DNA from: Octopus sinensis
Taxonomy: Eukaryota
Direction of reading: 5' to 3'
Assembly: GCF_006345805.1 (NCBI RefSeq)
Contig: NW_021831284.1
Span: 124,001-188,000 of the forward strand
DNA length: 64,000 bases
Position numbers and translations under genes: made by a program
Part shown: positions 38,691 through 49,621 of the stretch, piece by piece
How the letters are laid out: every line of letters starts with the position of its first letter
Numbering within the stretch: the first letter of the stretch is position 1
The notes under the pieces: model-generated
Told to the model about the DNA's origin: nothing
The model's database searches: none
What the model saw: only the letters and a program-made list of their open reading frames with translations

Positions 38691-39604
38691 TCTCAAAGAA
38701 GGTGCATATTTGATAGGAACCTGTGGAATTATAAATAGGCTGGTCAGAAAATTTTTCCTTTCAACATTTTTACATCTAATTATATCATCCACAATCTGAA
38801 ATATAATTGATGCATTCGGCGAAGAATTTAATTCGATAAGATAGGTAATTTGAAGATCCGTTATTTTTCATTAAGAATATTTACAAATTTTTCCTTACCG
38901 GGCTCAGTCTCATCCAAAAATCGTTTCATTGATTAACAATCCGATTATCTGATTGACACCTCTTTAGTCCAAATTTTGACATTACTTCGATATTTTAATT
39001 CTTCGATATTTTAATTGACCGAGTTTCATATTAGGGTTACAAATATATGTAAAACAAAACAATACTTCCCATTAACGTTTTATCTTGACTAACTTGTGCA
39101 GTAAATAGATATTTAAATCAACTGGCAACATTAAAAACACACAAAGCATATGGTGGGTTAGTTTACTTACAATAGACTGCAACAATATCGTAAAGTCAAA
39201 ATAGATATAAAAATGTCAGAATGGTATAGTTGAGAAGTAAATTTGTAATTTTTCTTTTTTTATATTTAAAAATATCTTTGTTTTAACACTCGAAAAGGAT
39301 TTTCACTATGTAGAGATTATGTTTTATTGCATCGGATTTTAAATTGGAAAATCGGATTTAAGTAAATGGTTCAGACTCCAAAAAGAATTTATTTTTGATT
39401 GGAAATTGAGTAATTTTTTGTTTACAAATAGCCTTCCACTCTAAAGACAACTTCCAGGAACAAGAAAAAACTAAAAGTAGTAATTATTTATCAGTTTTTT
39501 AATAAATCATTTATTTTTTTGATTATTAAAACTATTTAAGACATTATATTTGGATTTATTGAATTTAATTCCTTATTATTTAATAACGAGAACTAGGAAA
39601 GAAA

Positions 39605-41640
39605 TTAGTGTAAGTTATAATTAAATAAATCCTTTTTGTTTTTGCGTTTATTTTGACGACACGAGTTTGTTGCGAAATATAGCACGATAATAATTATCAG
39701 CACTGGCAAAAAACCCCATAGCATTCTGAAAAAAACCGTAATTTTTGATGGCACTAAATTATAGCCATTTACCCAACTTACCAAATTTCAATGAAACGGT
39801 GATTGTGTGTCTTGCTTCTAGAATCCCATCTGAAACGATGCACGTGAGATTGGTAGGGGGTATGTCAATTTCATTTTTGATGTCTTATTAAATAAAAAAC
39901 TGCTTCCGCCTTTCTTGAATATTATAGAGTAGACGTAGTTTTTTCTGCTGATTTGTGCCGGTTTCCCGCCAAATAACCAGCTTATTTTCATTTTCCTGAG
40001 TGTATCAACAGTTCCATCACATGTAATTTCATGAAGATTTAGCTGAGTCATTTCTGTAAAATTTAAATATGGCATAAATATTTTCGGCCTTTCTATAGTT
40101 TTGAGGTAAACTGTTTTAGCAGTTTGTGAATATTCGTTGTGAACAAGGCAACGAACACTCATAGATCGGCTCGCATTGATTATATTAAGTGTAGTGTTTT
40201 CCATAGACAAATAAGACTTAAAATCCAGTTTTGTTGTGCCTAAATATTGTTAGAAGCATGAAGTACCATATTCCACTGAATCCAAATACCATGTTATTGT
40301 GGGTACTGGGTACCCTGATTTCCAGAAACAGCGGAATACTGCATTATCTCCTTGAGTTACATTTAGCGAGACCAATAAATCGGAAATAGAAGGGGGTTCT
40401 AATAATGTTTAAAAGAAATTAAACCGTAAATTGAAACAGTGAATTTATATTCGATTGGATCATGTAAGATAGTATTATTTGTATCCAAAATGGTATTGTT
40501 TGTGTCAAAAGTCATGCTATTCGCATCCAGAGTGATATTGTTTGCAACAAGAATGGTGTTATTGACATCCACAATCGTGTTATTCGTATCCAGGATAGTA
40601 TTATTTGTATCCAGGATAGTATTATTTGTATCCAGAATGGTGTTAGTCCAATTCTGAATGTTATTATTTGCTTCCAGAATGGTATTGTCGGCATCGAGAA
40701 TGGTATTATTTGTATCGAAAATTTCTTTACTGATGCAGAGAAAAGTCCGTGTTGGCATTTTTATTTTCCCGTTAAAATCAAAGTGATTCGATTCTAATAA
40801 TGTTGTTTTTCCTTCTTTTACTTCTGAATAGACAATTTCGTCGAGTTTTCTAAAATTTTCATTCCAGTAAAAACCTCCCAAAAAACAGACAGGGTTTAAT
40901 ATTTTCGGACATTCCATACTTAATTATGACATTTTGTCCCCTTGTAAAAACATGTGTCAGATCAAACGGAGTTGCTTAAATATTTGAAACCGAACAAACT
41001 TGTAACGTTATTTTCAAAGTGAAATTCTTTACTTTCATATTTTCCCTCGCAAATAAAAGAACAGTTTATATCTTCTTCGATGAAGTATCTTATGTATAAA
41101 TCGTTATTTTCGACTATAAGTCTATCAGTGTTCAATGAGGAAGTAATTATTGATTTGGTTCCGTTTTTTTCACAATATTTATACCATGAGCACTCGGTGC
41201 TAACTCCCTCACTTCTGAGTATTGCGTAAGGTTTTTCATAAGAGGAAAAGACTAAAATTATTTTGAATTTAATAAATACCCGTGTTTTTAATTAGAGGCT
41301 CCACTTTGAATGGAAGAGATATTTCTCGACCATGTTTGTTTTCAACAGCGCAACTAAAAATCTCTGATATAGAGTAAATCTTGTTGAATATGAGATTTCG
41401 ACCATTACTTCTATAAGGTAAATTCTGTGTAAAATCAATGGGAACTCCTCCTTTAAACCATCTATAAATATATTATGTAATTATCATGTACTTGTATTCA
41501 TCGCCTGGATTAGCTTTTATGGGACATTGTATAACGTAGCTTAACTGATTCAGATAGTAAGTTGTGTCAGACATATGCATAGTTGGAGGAAAAAAAGCAG
41601 TCGCAGTATGAAACAAAAATATCAGGATATTCAATAGCAT
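39605..41640 (-). CDS. Five-Ig-like-domain type I membrane protein, copy 3, with heptad insertion and short tail; one 1-nt homopolymer frameshift in D5
   Basis: Signal MLLNILIFLFHTATA, homologous D1-D5, TM MLWGFLPVLIIIIVLYFA, tail CRQNKRKNKKDLFNYNLH*. The frame in D5 is restored by one extra base in the 5-T run near 39875. Confidence 0.82.
40465..40716 (-). repeat. 12 tandem 21-bp coding repeats (consensus DTNNTIL)
   Basis: ORF 40399-40917 residues 68-151: DTNNTIL DADNTIL EANNNIQ NWTNTIL DTNNTIL DTNNTIL DTNNTIV DVNNTIL VANNITL DANSMTF DTNNTIL DTNNTIL. Confidence 0.95.
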
Positions 41641-42499
41641 TTTGATGGAATTACTGCGATTTTCCTTTATTTTTTAATTTAAATGTATTTATTTCCATAT
41701 TCGACAAAAATTAAATCTATTTCCATTTTGGTCCATAGAAAGGTATGCGGCAATTTATCTAGTTTTAGTCATTTTGATTTTAAATATCTTAAAATAGAAG
41801 CTTTCCATCTTTAGCAGAAACCCAATTTAGAACTTGATTCTGTTTCGCGTCTATTATTTTTCAAAACGGGGAGTAAATCCCTAAGACGATGTACATAAAC
41901 GTTGAGTTAGGTATTCGTCAAGCAATTTCGACAATTCGTTTTTATTCGAGTAAATTTGCTGAAAGTGCTTCACATACATACGCTGTTCTAAAGACTGATG
42001 CATTTTTTGAGCATTAACGACCAAGTTTGAATATTTCTATTGTAGAATTCGACTAAAATCCAGTAGTTCACTTTACTCAAATAACACAGCAAGTCGTCTA
42101 ATTGAAAATTTTTTTGAGAGATCTAAATGTGCCTTTTCAAGGAAATCGCAGAATTAACGGAATATTCCAGCTCCTTGATTAGAACTATGAAAATTATGTA
42201 AAGTGAGAAATTCTTCGTAAATTTTAAAGTCAGGCATGACACCCAAAATAAACATTGGTGTCAAAAAAATAAAAAACTGTACAAAAATTAAATTAAGTGA
42301 GTAGTTAGGATTACAGGCCGTCAGATATCCTCTCGATTGACCGAGAAACTGTATCACTGGTCACTGTAAGTTTAGAACAAATTTTAAATTATGAAGAACA
42401 GCATTCTTCAGTAAATATAAGAATGAAAAGTTCCAAGAGTTAGAAAAACAGTTGAAGTTGGAATACAGACGGAAAAGACGACTATATCTCACTCTGATG

Positions 42500-42830
42500 T
42501 GCAGACTTTGTCGACTTCTGAAGCTGGGTGAATGACGGGTCGACCTCGAGCTAAATTAATCAATGAGCTTGTAAGGTCTAAAAAACGTGACCAGAACTTA
42601 AAAGGGTGCCAAGTTTTTACTTGGTCTGGTGGCTATCTTAAAAGAGGGAAGCAACGACCAAATAAATTAAATGTAACCAGGATTACCCTGGTTAATTCCC
42701 GCTCTTTTCGAAAGCGGGCAGCAAAGCTGATAGCTCTTATCAACACAGTTAAGATGGGTGTCTTTATCATTAACGAGAAGAAAATAAGAAGTTTGAAAGT
42801 ATCACTAGTCCTGGATACAGCTCAATTAAT
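42500..42830 (+). mobile_element. LINE APE-endonuclease N-terminal remnant
   Basis: ITLVNSRSFRKRAAKLIALINTVKMGVFIINE resembles the APE start (N.RSL..K..L); homologous to 11330-11640. Confidence 0.55.
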
Positions 42831-43495
42831 ATCCTTTGGTATTCTGATACTAACGGTGACACAGGAACATCAGTATTTTACAAAAAGTCTATTGATATTG
42901 GAACTTAAGAATAATTGAACAGATGAATTAGCACCCATTGATTATTTATTTGATTTTTTAAATAATATTTGGTTACTTTAGGAATATAGCCGATCATGAA
43001 ATGATAAATAATGAATCCCATAAATAGAAAAATTTTTAATTTAGTATTTCTTGAAAACTTCCGAAAATAAGTTACAAAAATTAAAAAAAAACTTTTCAAG
43101 TGGTCTAGTTTTTTTTGAACAGACTGTATACTCCAAAAGGTCACGTCGATTTTCAGAAATTTTATGGAAGGAAATGAAAATCCAATTCTTGCGGGAGACT
43201 TAAATGCTTAACGGCATTTGGTTACAAAGGTCAAATCAGGATGTAATTTGTTTATTTAAGATTGACAAATTTTCAAATTTCAACGTCTGAAGTGCATAAC
43301 CACTTTCAGCAGCAAAATGTTAATCGATTAGGATTGTTTATTGTTGCAAATGTCTGTTTGTGTGATCGTTTTTATTTTGAAAATGATGTGGGGAGTGACC
43401 ATCTTGCACAAAGATGAAACTACGAACGGAAACAGTTCTTATTGAGGATGTATTTCTTGGTTATAATATCAGCAACATTGATTGAAATCATTTCA

Positions 43496-43634
43496 ATTTT
43501 TACATGTCTATGAAAGTGCCAAATACTCAAGAATTGAATAAATAGTGGTATAAAGGGTCATTATTTTTACATGTCTATGAAAGTGCCAAATACTCAAGAA
43601 TTGAATAAATAGTGGTACAAGGGGTCATTATTTT
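43496..43634. repeat. Tandem duplication, 67-bp unit x2
   Basis: TACATGTCTATGAAAGTGCCAAATACTCAAGAATTGAATAAATAGTGGTA.. occurs at 43501 and 43568 with about 2 mismatches. Confidence 0.9.
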
Positions 43635-44129
43635 GTCAAAGGAAATATGTTGTCTCATTAGATTAGACTTCAATCAGCAAACAAACTTGGTTCTTTCGTT
43701 TTCTTGGTTTCGTTTGGTTTTTCTCCTTTTTTATTCTCTTCCTTTTTTAAGACGAGTTTGTTATATAGAAAATAAATAATTCTGTTCTATTAATTAAAGT
43801 GGAAAAATATCTTATCCAGATAATACTGATCCCAGCTTCCCCCTCTTCGCTTCCGATCCGCTTCCTCCTGCAAGACTAATGGGTCAGGATATAGCGTCCG
43901 TGCGACCTAGCAGGTTTACTGATGTCTTGTGATGACTACTTTCTCATTCAGTCGTTAATTTATTGCTTTAACATCCATTGCAATACTTGTTACGTGATTT
44001 GCTGCCGTAGCTGAAAGTTTGTGTTCCGGACGCATGCTCTCTAATGTCTTTTAAATTACAATCATCCGGACATAGACAAGAGTCGAATCTTCAATTTTTA
44101 GAGAATTTTAGTAGTATTTGTAAAATTTG

Positions 44130-44480
44130 GATATTATTCCATCCTTTGTGAGAATCACTGTGTACGACGTCCACTTGCATTGTGGATTAACTTTAATTTA
44201 CTTGCCAAGAGATCATATTTATGTAATTTCTCGACTTCTACATGATTTAAAGATTTTTGAGAAGTAATTCCAACTTTGATGAGTTAAGGATGTTCTGAAT
44301 CTTGTCGTAGATAAAAATGTCCGGTTTATTATTATTGACTTTGGTATCTGTCTTGATCATCGTGTCCACCCGTATTTCGACCACCTCATCAGAGACTATC
44401 TACTGAACAGAGTGGGTCTTTAACTTCGTAGTGTGTATATTTTTATAATTTCAAACGGACCGCACCTAAATTGTGGTGGG
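44130..44480 (-). mobile_element. Degraded R4/Dong-like RLE fragment
   Basis: EIRVDTMIKTDTKVNNNKPDIFIYDK, with downstream stops. Confidence 0.7.
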
Positions 44481-44651
44481 CAGTTGTTGAAAATCCTTGA
44501 TATAAACAAGTATTTTTTAAGATAAAGTTTTAAAATAATTACCATGTTCAGATGATAAGAATATTAAGATTTCTTTGTAATATTTATAACCAAAACAAAA
44601 TTTATCTAAGGTTACATTATTAAGTAAAATTTTGACTCCTAATTGTTGGAG

Positions 44652-44799
44652 ATCTCTCTCCTTTTAGAAAAAAAGTTTTCTACTAATTTCTCACTCTTCT
44701 CGTTCTCTATCTCTCCGCCGAACAAAGTTGTTACAGTAAATATTTTCCTATTTGCTAACTCTGTTAGTTGCCATTCCTTTATTTTCAGAACATTTTGTT
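44652..44799. repeat. Left copy of target duplication flanking the CRE element (segment A 44652-44748, segment B 44750-44799)
   Basis: B is identical to 47950-47999; A is the reverse complement of 47855-47951 with a few differences. Confidence 0.9.
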
Positions 44800-47700
44800 T
44801 TTTTAACAATCTATACATTTATTTCAGAAACGAGTTAATTATAAGACAGGCTAGTTTTCCGCGGCTGACGACATAATCGAATAGGCATTGCCGCGAACAA
44901 CGGCCAAACCTATTCTTTGTCGAAGCCATGTTGTTCCCTCTAATCGTTTTTTATATGAGCAATTTTTCGTCCGATTTCTTTAAGGAATGACTCAGTTACA
45001 GTTCCTGTGACACCGAAGTCTCGACTGCCACAGGAACAAAGCGGTACGAATCCCCGATTGTGGAATATTTGGCAATTTTGCTTTTTCAGCAAAGTTAGCG
45101 GCCGATCCAGGGACGAACGAAAAGGAAATGTGATGTTCTTTAAAGTAAAAGTGTCCACGCATGTCGAGTCCCAAACTAGTGGTTTTCCCCCAGAGTAGGG
45201 GAAAAGAGTCACTCCATCTGGCCTTCTCCCATCATTACGGTTAAGACCCGCAGGTTCCAGTCTTGCTGGGAATCCTGCTGCCTCTAGGGCACGTCGTATC
45301 ACATCATTCAATGCGGCATGTCGAGGGGTTCGACCTGCACTTCTTCCGCAGGATAGAGGGTGCAGTCCTTTGGCATCAACAAGGCCTCCGCAACGACAGC
45401 CGTGAACTTGGCAAATATCCAGTCCCAGACGAAGTGCTACACCGATTCTCATAGAATTATTGTCCAATAGATTGCCAAGGGCAGGACACGGGAGAGCATC
45501 AAGCCACGCGCCACTATGATGGCGTGCTCCGGACAAGAGACATGTGAGTCGATGCTGATTGCCCCTCTGTTTGTATTTTTGGACGATGTCGTTGCATAAA
45601 ATCGAATCCCAGTTAGTCTGTTTGAATGTCTCCGCCGGAATCATCAACCAAGTTCCACTCCACCGTTCACAAGCTCTAGCGAACTCCGGCTCCAAGGAAA
45701 ATTCAGAAGGGTTACGTAGAATTTCCTGGACCAGATCCCAGCTGCTTGAGAGCGACGAGAGATAAGCTGGTGCTGCTACTTCCAATGCGGACCTGATTTC
45801 GTTGGCAGTTTACACTGAATCCATTCCAGATCATCAAAACGAACGTTTAAAATAGTTTCGGCCGTGTCTTTCAGTGTCTGATCAAGTAATAAAAGGCTGT
45901 CTCGTTGTGCATAGCAAGGGCAGCTCCTTAGAGCATAAAGAAGTCTTCGCATGCAGATACTCGCTCTCATGAAAAAAAACGCAGTATGCGCATCAAGGAG
46001 GGATATTTGTTGTGTAAATAGTGATAGGTTTTCTGCTTTCTTCCGAAGGTGTTTACGCAATTCTGCGTCACCAAGTGGACCACCGAGGAAATATACCTCG
46101 TCCCGAGCCGTGGTAGAAATCCCTTTAAGCAAATGGTTGAACTGTTGAGTAATTCGCATGAATTCGTCATTGGAGTACGTAATATTGATCAATTCCGATT
46201 TGTTTGTATTAATTTCCAAACCGAGGTTTTTTAAAGCAGGAGCAATTTGCGAAATTCCTTCGTAAACAGATTCCCAAGTTCCACCGATAGTGGCATCGTC
46301 GAGATACCAGAGATTGAGTTCAGTTCCAGTTGAACGTGCAACATCATCGATGGCCAACGAAAACAGTAAAGGTCCTAGTGGATCTCCTTGCTGTACTCCA
46401 GTTCGTGACTTGATAATTTCGTTACCGAAGACTAGAGACGATTCTTTCCCATAAGAGAGGTTCACTATCTGAATTATCTCCGGAACTCTCTTCCAGCACG
46501 ATCATAAGTCGATCTCGTCGCAGTGTGTTGAAAGCATTAGATATGTCTATTTTGAGCCCCATGCGGGGGGTTTTCGCACTACAGCCAAAGTAGCATCTTG
46601 TCGCATGCACAGAGGCCTCACATCCATTTGTAATACCGACTCCCAATTGAACTGGCGAAAGTTCTCCGCTTATCCGCGGACAGACTCTTTTAGCGACAAT
46701 CTTTGCCGCAAGTCTTCTGAAGTAATTAATAACTGCGATCGGTCTTACTCCCCCGTCATTCTTTTTAAAGGCCAATAGGTGCGCAAAGAATAGTAGTTCC
46801 CTTGCATAAGAAGGGATCTTTCCATTGACAATTTTAGAAATCAGCGACGTAATGGATTTAACCAAATTTGAACTATGAACTGATCTCGCAGTAAAATCTT
46901 TGACATGTCCCGGTCGCAGGCCCTCCAAGCCTCCACTGCTGCTTGGAGCAAACGACACGATTCCGGAAATCACCTCCTGTTCGGTGATGATAATGCTGAG
47001 CAAATTTTCCGGCATAGTGAATTCTTGGTAGTCCGTAGGTGGGTAAGGGTGTTTACGTATCAGATGTTCGATCACTGAAGGAGTCGGGACTAAAACCGTA
47101 TCGTCGTTGCTCACGACGCGCAAAGCAGCACGGATATCACCCTCAATGAGTTTCCTATTCACTCTGTCTCTTATGCTATCCTGGTTTAGAGTTATATTTC
47201 GTCTTTCATTCAGCTTTGTGTGGTGTACTTTGTCGTCAATTGATTTTATATTTCTCTTGATAATACAGGATATGGACTCATTCTGCGTAGCGTTTTTGAA
47301 TTGTACTCCAAGAGCAAGAGGTGCAAAGCTCAGCAATTGAACCAAAGAGGCCAAGCTGTTAGTGGAGAGAGCATTATCAATTAGCTGGCTAAGACATGAA
47401 GCAGCAGAAATACGGGCGGATTTCGGAATCCTTAGAGGAATCTTCCTGGGCTTCCGTAGCTCCGATAGGTGTAGAAGGATGAGATCTGTATTTGAGGGAA
47501 GATCAGGCGGGTTAGGCGCATATTTATTTCAGGAGGATTGAAATTCGGTTTGTACAAGAACTCATGCATCGACGACAGTCCCATTTGTATAGCGTCTTTG
47601 CTGCTTTGTTGGTGATTTTAACACATGAAAGATGGAAAAATTCACCGCAAGATGAACAGTTCATGCCAAACCGGCGTTTGTTGCTCAGTTCGCAGGAAGA

Positions 47701-47854
47701 GCATATCGTGTTCTCTCTTTTTGGAATGATGTTCGGAATGATAGTTTCACTTAACAACATGCATTGTTCTTCATTGTAGTTGTCCGTAAGCATCAAAGTT
47801 TCTTGTTTATTCACAGCAAAATTCAACCCCACATCAGCCATCACGTAATTCATT
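44800..47854 (-). mobile_element. Near full-length CRE-clade retrotransposon (PHD finger, RT, Zn knuckle, RLE), several frameshifts
   Basis: CSSCELSNK..CSSCGEFFHLSCV..WDCRRC; FKKNDGGVRPIAV; GVQQGDPLGPLLF; WYLDDATIGG; RRPDGVTLFPYSGGKPLVWD; 3' AATAAA and a short A-run at 44798-44804. Confidence 0.93.
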
Positions 47855-47999
47855 GGAAAATATTTACTGTAACAACTTTGTTCAGCGGAGAGATAGAGAA
47901 CGAGGAGAGGAGAAATTAGTAGAAAACTTTTTTTTCTAAAAGGAGAGAGATTTGCTAACTCTGTTAGTTGCCATTCCTTTATTTTCAGAACATTTTGTT
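47855..47999. repeat. Right copy of target duplication (inverted A followed by direct B)
   Basis: 47855-47951 is the reverse complement of 44652-44748; 47950-47999 equals 44750-44799. Confidence 0.9.
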
Positions 48000-48499
48000 G
48001 ATTTACATAAAAATATTCTATTATTTGCTCAATTCTGTTATTCGCAGATTTTTAAAATAAAATTTCTTTTTGATAATAATTGTTGTTATGCTTGGGCCGT
48101 GTAGAAAAAGATTCCTCATTCCAAATTAAGCCTCTCCTTATTGGAGTGTCTTAATTATATGGTAGCTGCGTATATCAACAAGAATCTATCTAACTGATTG
48201 GTGCAGATTTCGACAATAGTCTATGCTGGAAAAGTGTGCTAAATATTGAGTATGAAAAATTCTGAAAAGTCTAATTGGAGTATTGATATGAAGGAAAAAT
48301 TGAGCAGTGGAGAGCAAGGTTGGGCCATATCGAAGTTCTTTGTAAAATCTCTCACGGCTGAAAAAAAGCCACTTGTTTGAATGCATTATTTCTTGTTGGA
48401 TATAAAAGAAAAGAAAAAGCAAATAATAACTTCCTTAATTAATGAAAAACCCATGTTGAATAAAAAGAGGTTATCTACGCACGAGAAAGGAAAGGATTC

Positions 48500-49000
48500 T
48501 GACTAGATAATCAAACATTTGAGCTTAATCGGAAAGCTTTTTACAAATGATTGAAGGGAGGCGAGACTAAAAATTTTATTCAAGTGGATAGTGAAGAGTT
48601 TGGAACATATTGGCAGAATATGTGGCGAAAAAAACAGTTGAGTGTTCAGAATATGGAGATTGAAAACAGGATGATTGGAATAGAGGACGTAACAGTCTAC
48701 GTTTTGAAAAGTTTATTTCAGGAGATCGTCAAATATTTGCTAAGTGGAAGAACCCAGGCTCCGATGGTGTGTATAATTTCTTTCTGAAGTTCACATTACT
48801 TCATGAGTCAATTTTCGGACAAATAATTAATGTCATAGAAGGAAAACTACTCCAGGAGATTGTTTCTAAACAGGGGTGACACATTTTATTCCAAAGTGTG
48901 AAAACCCGGTGTGAACTAAGGTAGTCCAAGAAATCATCTCAAGCAATGGTGTCCCCAAAAGAGTTACGGCCTATAACATGTATGGGGTCTCTCTATGAAC
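48500..49000 (+). mobile_element. Degraded R4/Dong-like pre-RT fragment
   Basis: FGTYWQNMW and KWKNPGSDGVYNFFLK-like motifs across shifted frames. Confidence 0.55.
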
Positions 49001-49621
49001 TAATGATAAAATGTTTAAATACTAAGCTTGGAGAGTTTGTGGAATTTTTCTCTGAAAACAATGAAGCTCTGCTTTAATGAACAGAGTTAAACAAGGAAAA
49101 TGGAACAGACTCCACGCTGCATAAATCTACGGCAAAAAGAATTTGATTTAATCGCAGAAATTTATACAATATGCATTTTCTCAACTCAGTGAGCGAACAG
49201 AGGCATACAATCTACTATAAAGAAAACCCTTGAGAGGATGATTGTCTTTTATAGAAAGAAAGTTGAATTAAAATTATTAAAGAAATGTTTATTTTATTTG
49301 AGTTGTTATTTCTGAATCTGTTTGCTACATAAACAGTGTTGTGAGTGAAACTTATTTAGCCTGTCATTTCGTATTATACGTACTCCGATTGTTAATGTTT
49401 AGAAAACTCCAATATGTGAGAAAGATGTACAGCCCAAGATACCCACGAAATCTCTTTTGTCAGGATTGTGTTAAACCTTAGAAATTTTAAGGGGTTCCAC
49501 CATGGCCTTCATAATGACTTCGGGAAAAGTTTATGAATCATCTTGTCTTTGACAGGAAAATTATCGCATTCTAAATAACTATTCTTTTTAAGTTTTTTTA
49601 ATTTATTTAAAAATTGTATAT

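Noticed and set aside
39865-39885. Frameshift in Ig copy 3 domain 5 as programmed slippage or phase variation
   Set aside because: It is a 1-nt difference in a homopolymer. The conserved ZMPSTE24 gene shows a similar indel in a T-run (656-662), so long-read consensus error is the simpler explanation until reads are checked.
40439-40694. Hydrophobic ORFs in other frames of the 21-bp repeat; CRISPR-like array
   Set aside because: The repeats are contiguous with no unique spacers, the context is eukaryotic with no cas genes, and the extra ORFs are by-products of a stop-free tandem repeat.
43496-43634. 67-bp tandem duplication as a functional element
   Set aside because: It has only two copies, in non-coding AT-rich DNA, with no structure or ORF; an ordinary slippage duplication or assembly artefact.
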